A stretch of 64,000 nucleotides of DNA from Macrostomum lignano (lineage: Eukaryota), in the NCBI GenBank assembly GCA_002269645.1, contig NIVC01003680.1, positions 19,161 through 83,160 on the forward strand, written 5' to 3'. The notes under the pieces were generated by a model that ran no database searches, was not told the origin of the DNA, and saw only the letters and a program-made list of their open reading frames with translations. The position numbers and the translations under genes were made by a program. Position 1 is the first letter of the stretch, and each line of letters opens with the position of its first letter. Shown here one piece after another: positions 63,435 to 64,000 of this stretch.

Positions 63435-64000
63435 TTGTGAGGCTTATCATTGTGAAATCTGGGTTTGTGAGGCTTGGCATTGTGAAATCTCGGGTTTGTG
63501 AGGCTTATCATTGTGAAATCTGTGGTTTGTGAGGCTTGGCATTGTGAAATCTGGTTTGTGAGGCTTCATTTGTGAAATCTGTGGTTTGTGAGGCTTGGCA
63601 TTGTGAAATCTGGGTTTGTGAGGCTTGGCATTGTGAAATCTGGGTTTGTGAGGCTTGGCATTGTGAAATCTGGGTTTGTGAGGCTTGGATTGTGAAATCT
63701 GTGGTTTGTGAGGCTTGGCATTGTGAAATATGGGTTTGTGAGGCTTGGCATTGTGAAATCTGGGTTTGTGAGGCTTGGCATTGTGAAATCTGGGGTTTGT
63801 GAGGCTTGCATTGTGAATCTGGGTTTGTGAGGCTTGCATTGTGAAATCTGTGGTTTGTGAGGCTTGGTATTGTGAAATCTGGGTTTGTGAGGCTTGGCAT
63901 TGTGAAAAGCTGGGTTTGTGAGGCTTGGCATTTGTGAAATCTGTGGTTTGTGAGGCTTGGCATTGTGAAATCTGTGGTTTGTGAGGCTTGGCATTGTGAA
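63435..64000. repeat. 30-bp minisatellite TTGTGAAATCTGGGTTTGTGAGGCTTGGCA
   Basis: About 19 units with scattered single-base indels; runs off the right edge. Confidence 0.95.

Noticed and set aside
63254-63994. HNAKPHKP/SQCQASQT ORFs
   Set aside because: Artefacts of the 30-bp array.

Overview
This is eukaryotic (metazoan) genomic DNA, not prokaryotic: GC-rich exons are separated by GT-AG introns, and most long introns are filled with their own micro- or minisatellite. The style (intronic minisatellites, poly-Ala/Gly/Gln coding tracts, the type of Mab-21 gene) suggests a free-living flatworm such as Macrostomum; that assignment is inference. Genes recognised or reconstructed by hand with phase-consistent splice sites: two exons of a Band 4.1/FERM gene (-), an F-box protein with one frameshift (+), a 3-exon orphan membrane protein (+), a 5-exon Mab-21/cGLR-like protein with a degenerate catalytic motif (-), a stand-alone CNPase-type 2H phosphodiesterase (-), a 7-exon mind bomb 1 E3 ligase (+), an intronless divergent RPL35 (+), an hnRNP-C-type RRM fused to BCL11-type zinc fingers (+), and two frameshifted exons of a GRDP-like Gly/Cys-tail protein (-). 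The top find is at 57.0-58.4 kb. What looks like one more satellite is, on the minus strand, a 2-exon, 306-aa secreted precursor: a signal peptide followed by 17 Lys-Arg-flanked copies of GYYWPGMW(N/K)FRNAD. The window also holds tRNA-derived SINEs (one CORE-like), MITE, foldback and hAT-like elements, and about 22 tandem arrays. Most long ORFs in the supplied track are repeat or shadow artefacts. Homopolymer frameshifts, especially near the right end, suggest consensus errors. All family assignments rest on remembered motifs; no database search was run.
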